This document shows, one piece after another, positions 63,181 through 64,000 of a stretch of 64,000 nucleotides of DNA. Origin of the DNA: Balanoglossus misakiensis (Eukaryota > Animalia > Hemichordata); NCBI GenBank assembly GCA_040954595.2, contig CM082581.2, positions 12,708,286-12,772,285 on the forward strand. Reading direction: 5' to 3'. The position numbers and the translations under genes were made by a program. The notes beneath the pieces are model-generated. The model had not been told where the DNA came from. It did no database searches and was given only the letters and a program-made list of their open reading frames with translations. Within the stretch, counting starts at the first letter, position 1, and the number at the start of each line of letters is the position of its first letter.

Positions 63181-63779
63181 TGATTACTAACTTTTACTAA
63201 CCAATGTTTAGGTCTGTTTACTAATTGACTTTACTTGGACAATTTTAGTGCTTCCAATTCTTGTTTCATCATCAGACCTTCTGACTAATATCATTAATAT
63301 TACTAATATTGTACTATGCTTTTGCTAGTAATGAGTAAAGTTCTTTGTAACAGGCTATTTGTCTCTCTATATTTATTCTCCTGTCTTCATACAATTGAAT
63401 GTTTCTTTTCACTCTTTTCTTCAAATGGGTATCTGTCTAATTATTTATCTTGGATGTTTCTTCTATCAGTACATGATCCTTGAACTGCTTGTTACATCAC
63501 AACCGTTACTTTCTCATCATCATCATCACATTAGGGTTTGGTTGCATCTGCTCAACTTTTACAAATTTCACTCAGGGTATAATTTGAAACGTTTTAGAGA
63601 CACTATTTTCCTATATGGTAAACACACAGCATATGAATCCTTTGAGTTGCCTTGCGTCCACACACACTGAGTTTATGTATAGGCGCTGACACAATGGGTT
63701 GAGGAGCGGTGCTAATCCTTAGACCGGCTCTAGTCTGGCAAGTAAGTCATCTCACATCTGAGAAGTTTGGCGACAAATT

Positions 63780-64000
63780 GTCAGATTTTGATGATTTTTA
63801 TAAGCTATATCCCATGAAAAATATCCCCAGATGACAAAATCACCAAAGTTGGCAAAGTCGGAAAACTTTCGGATTTTGATGATTTTCATGAGCTATAACC
63901 CACGAAAATTTGAAAAAATGAAGAAATTGGCAAAGTCGGAAAACTGTCGGAGTTTGATGATTTTCATGAGCTATAACCCACGAAAATTTGAAAAAATGGC
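63780..64000. repeat. Tandem repeat with a unit of about 78 bp, running off the window end
   Basis: TTGGCAAAGTCGGAAAACT..CGGA.TTTGATGATTTTCATGAGCTATAACCCACGAAAATTTGAAAAAATG starts at 63849 and again at 63927. A more diverged copy lies around 63780-63820. Confidence 0.9.

Overview
AT-rich, intron-rich animal genomic DNA, most likely from a marine invertebrate (inferred, not determined). The window holds two spliced genes arranged head-to-head. On the minus strand is the mitochondrial RING-CH E3 ligase MARCHF5/MARCH5, with clear coding exons at 6556-6761 and 4947-5425. Its short first coding exon is probably at 30.8-32.2 kb, and I could not find its last exon in the window. On the plus strand is a complete CPEB2/3/4 (orb2-type) RNA-binding protein gene: CDS 32353-58950, a Q-rich N-terminal exon, two RRMs, a ZZ zinc finger and a roughly 4.2 kb 3' UTR. 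The most notable element is absent from the ORF track. It is a 24-nt microexon at 49211-49234 encoding (A)RTYGRRR(G), almost identical to the neural microexon of vertebrate CPEB4, with an SRRM4/RBFOX-type upstream intron. The CPEB-MARCH5 divergent pairing mirrors human CPEB3-MARCHF5. Most short ORFs in the supplied track are intronic or UTR noise. No tRNA, rRNA, CRISPR array or intact transposase was recognised.
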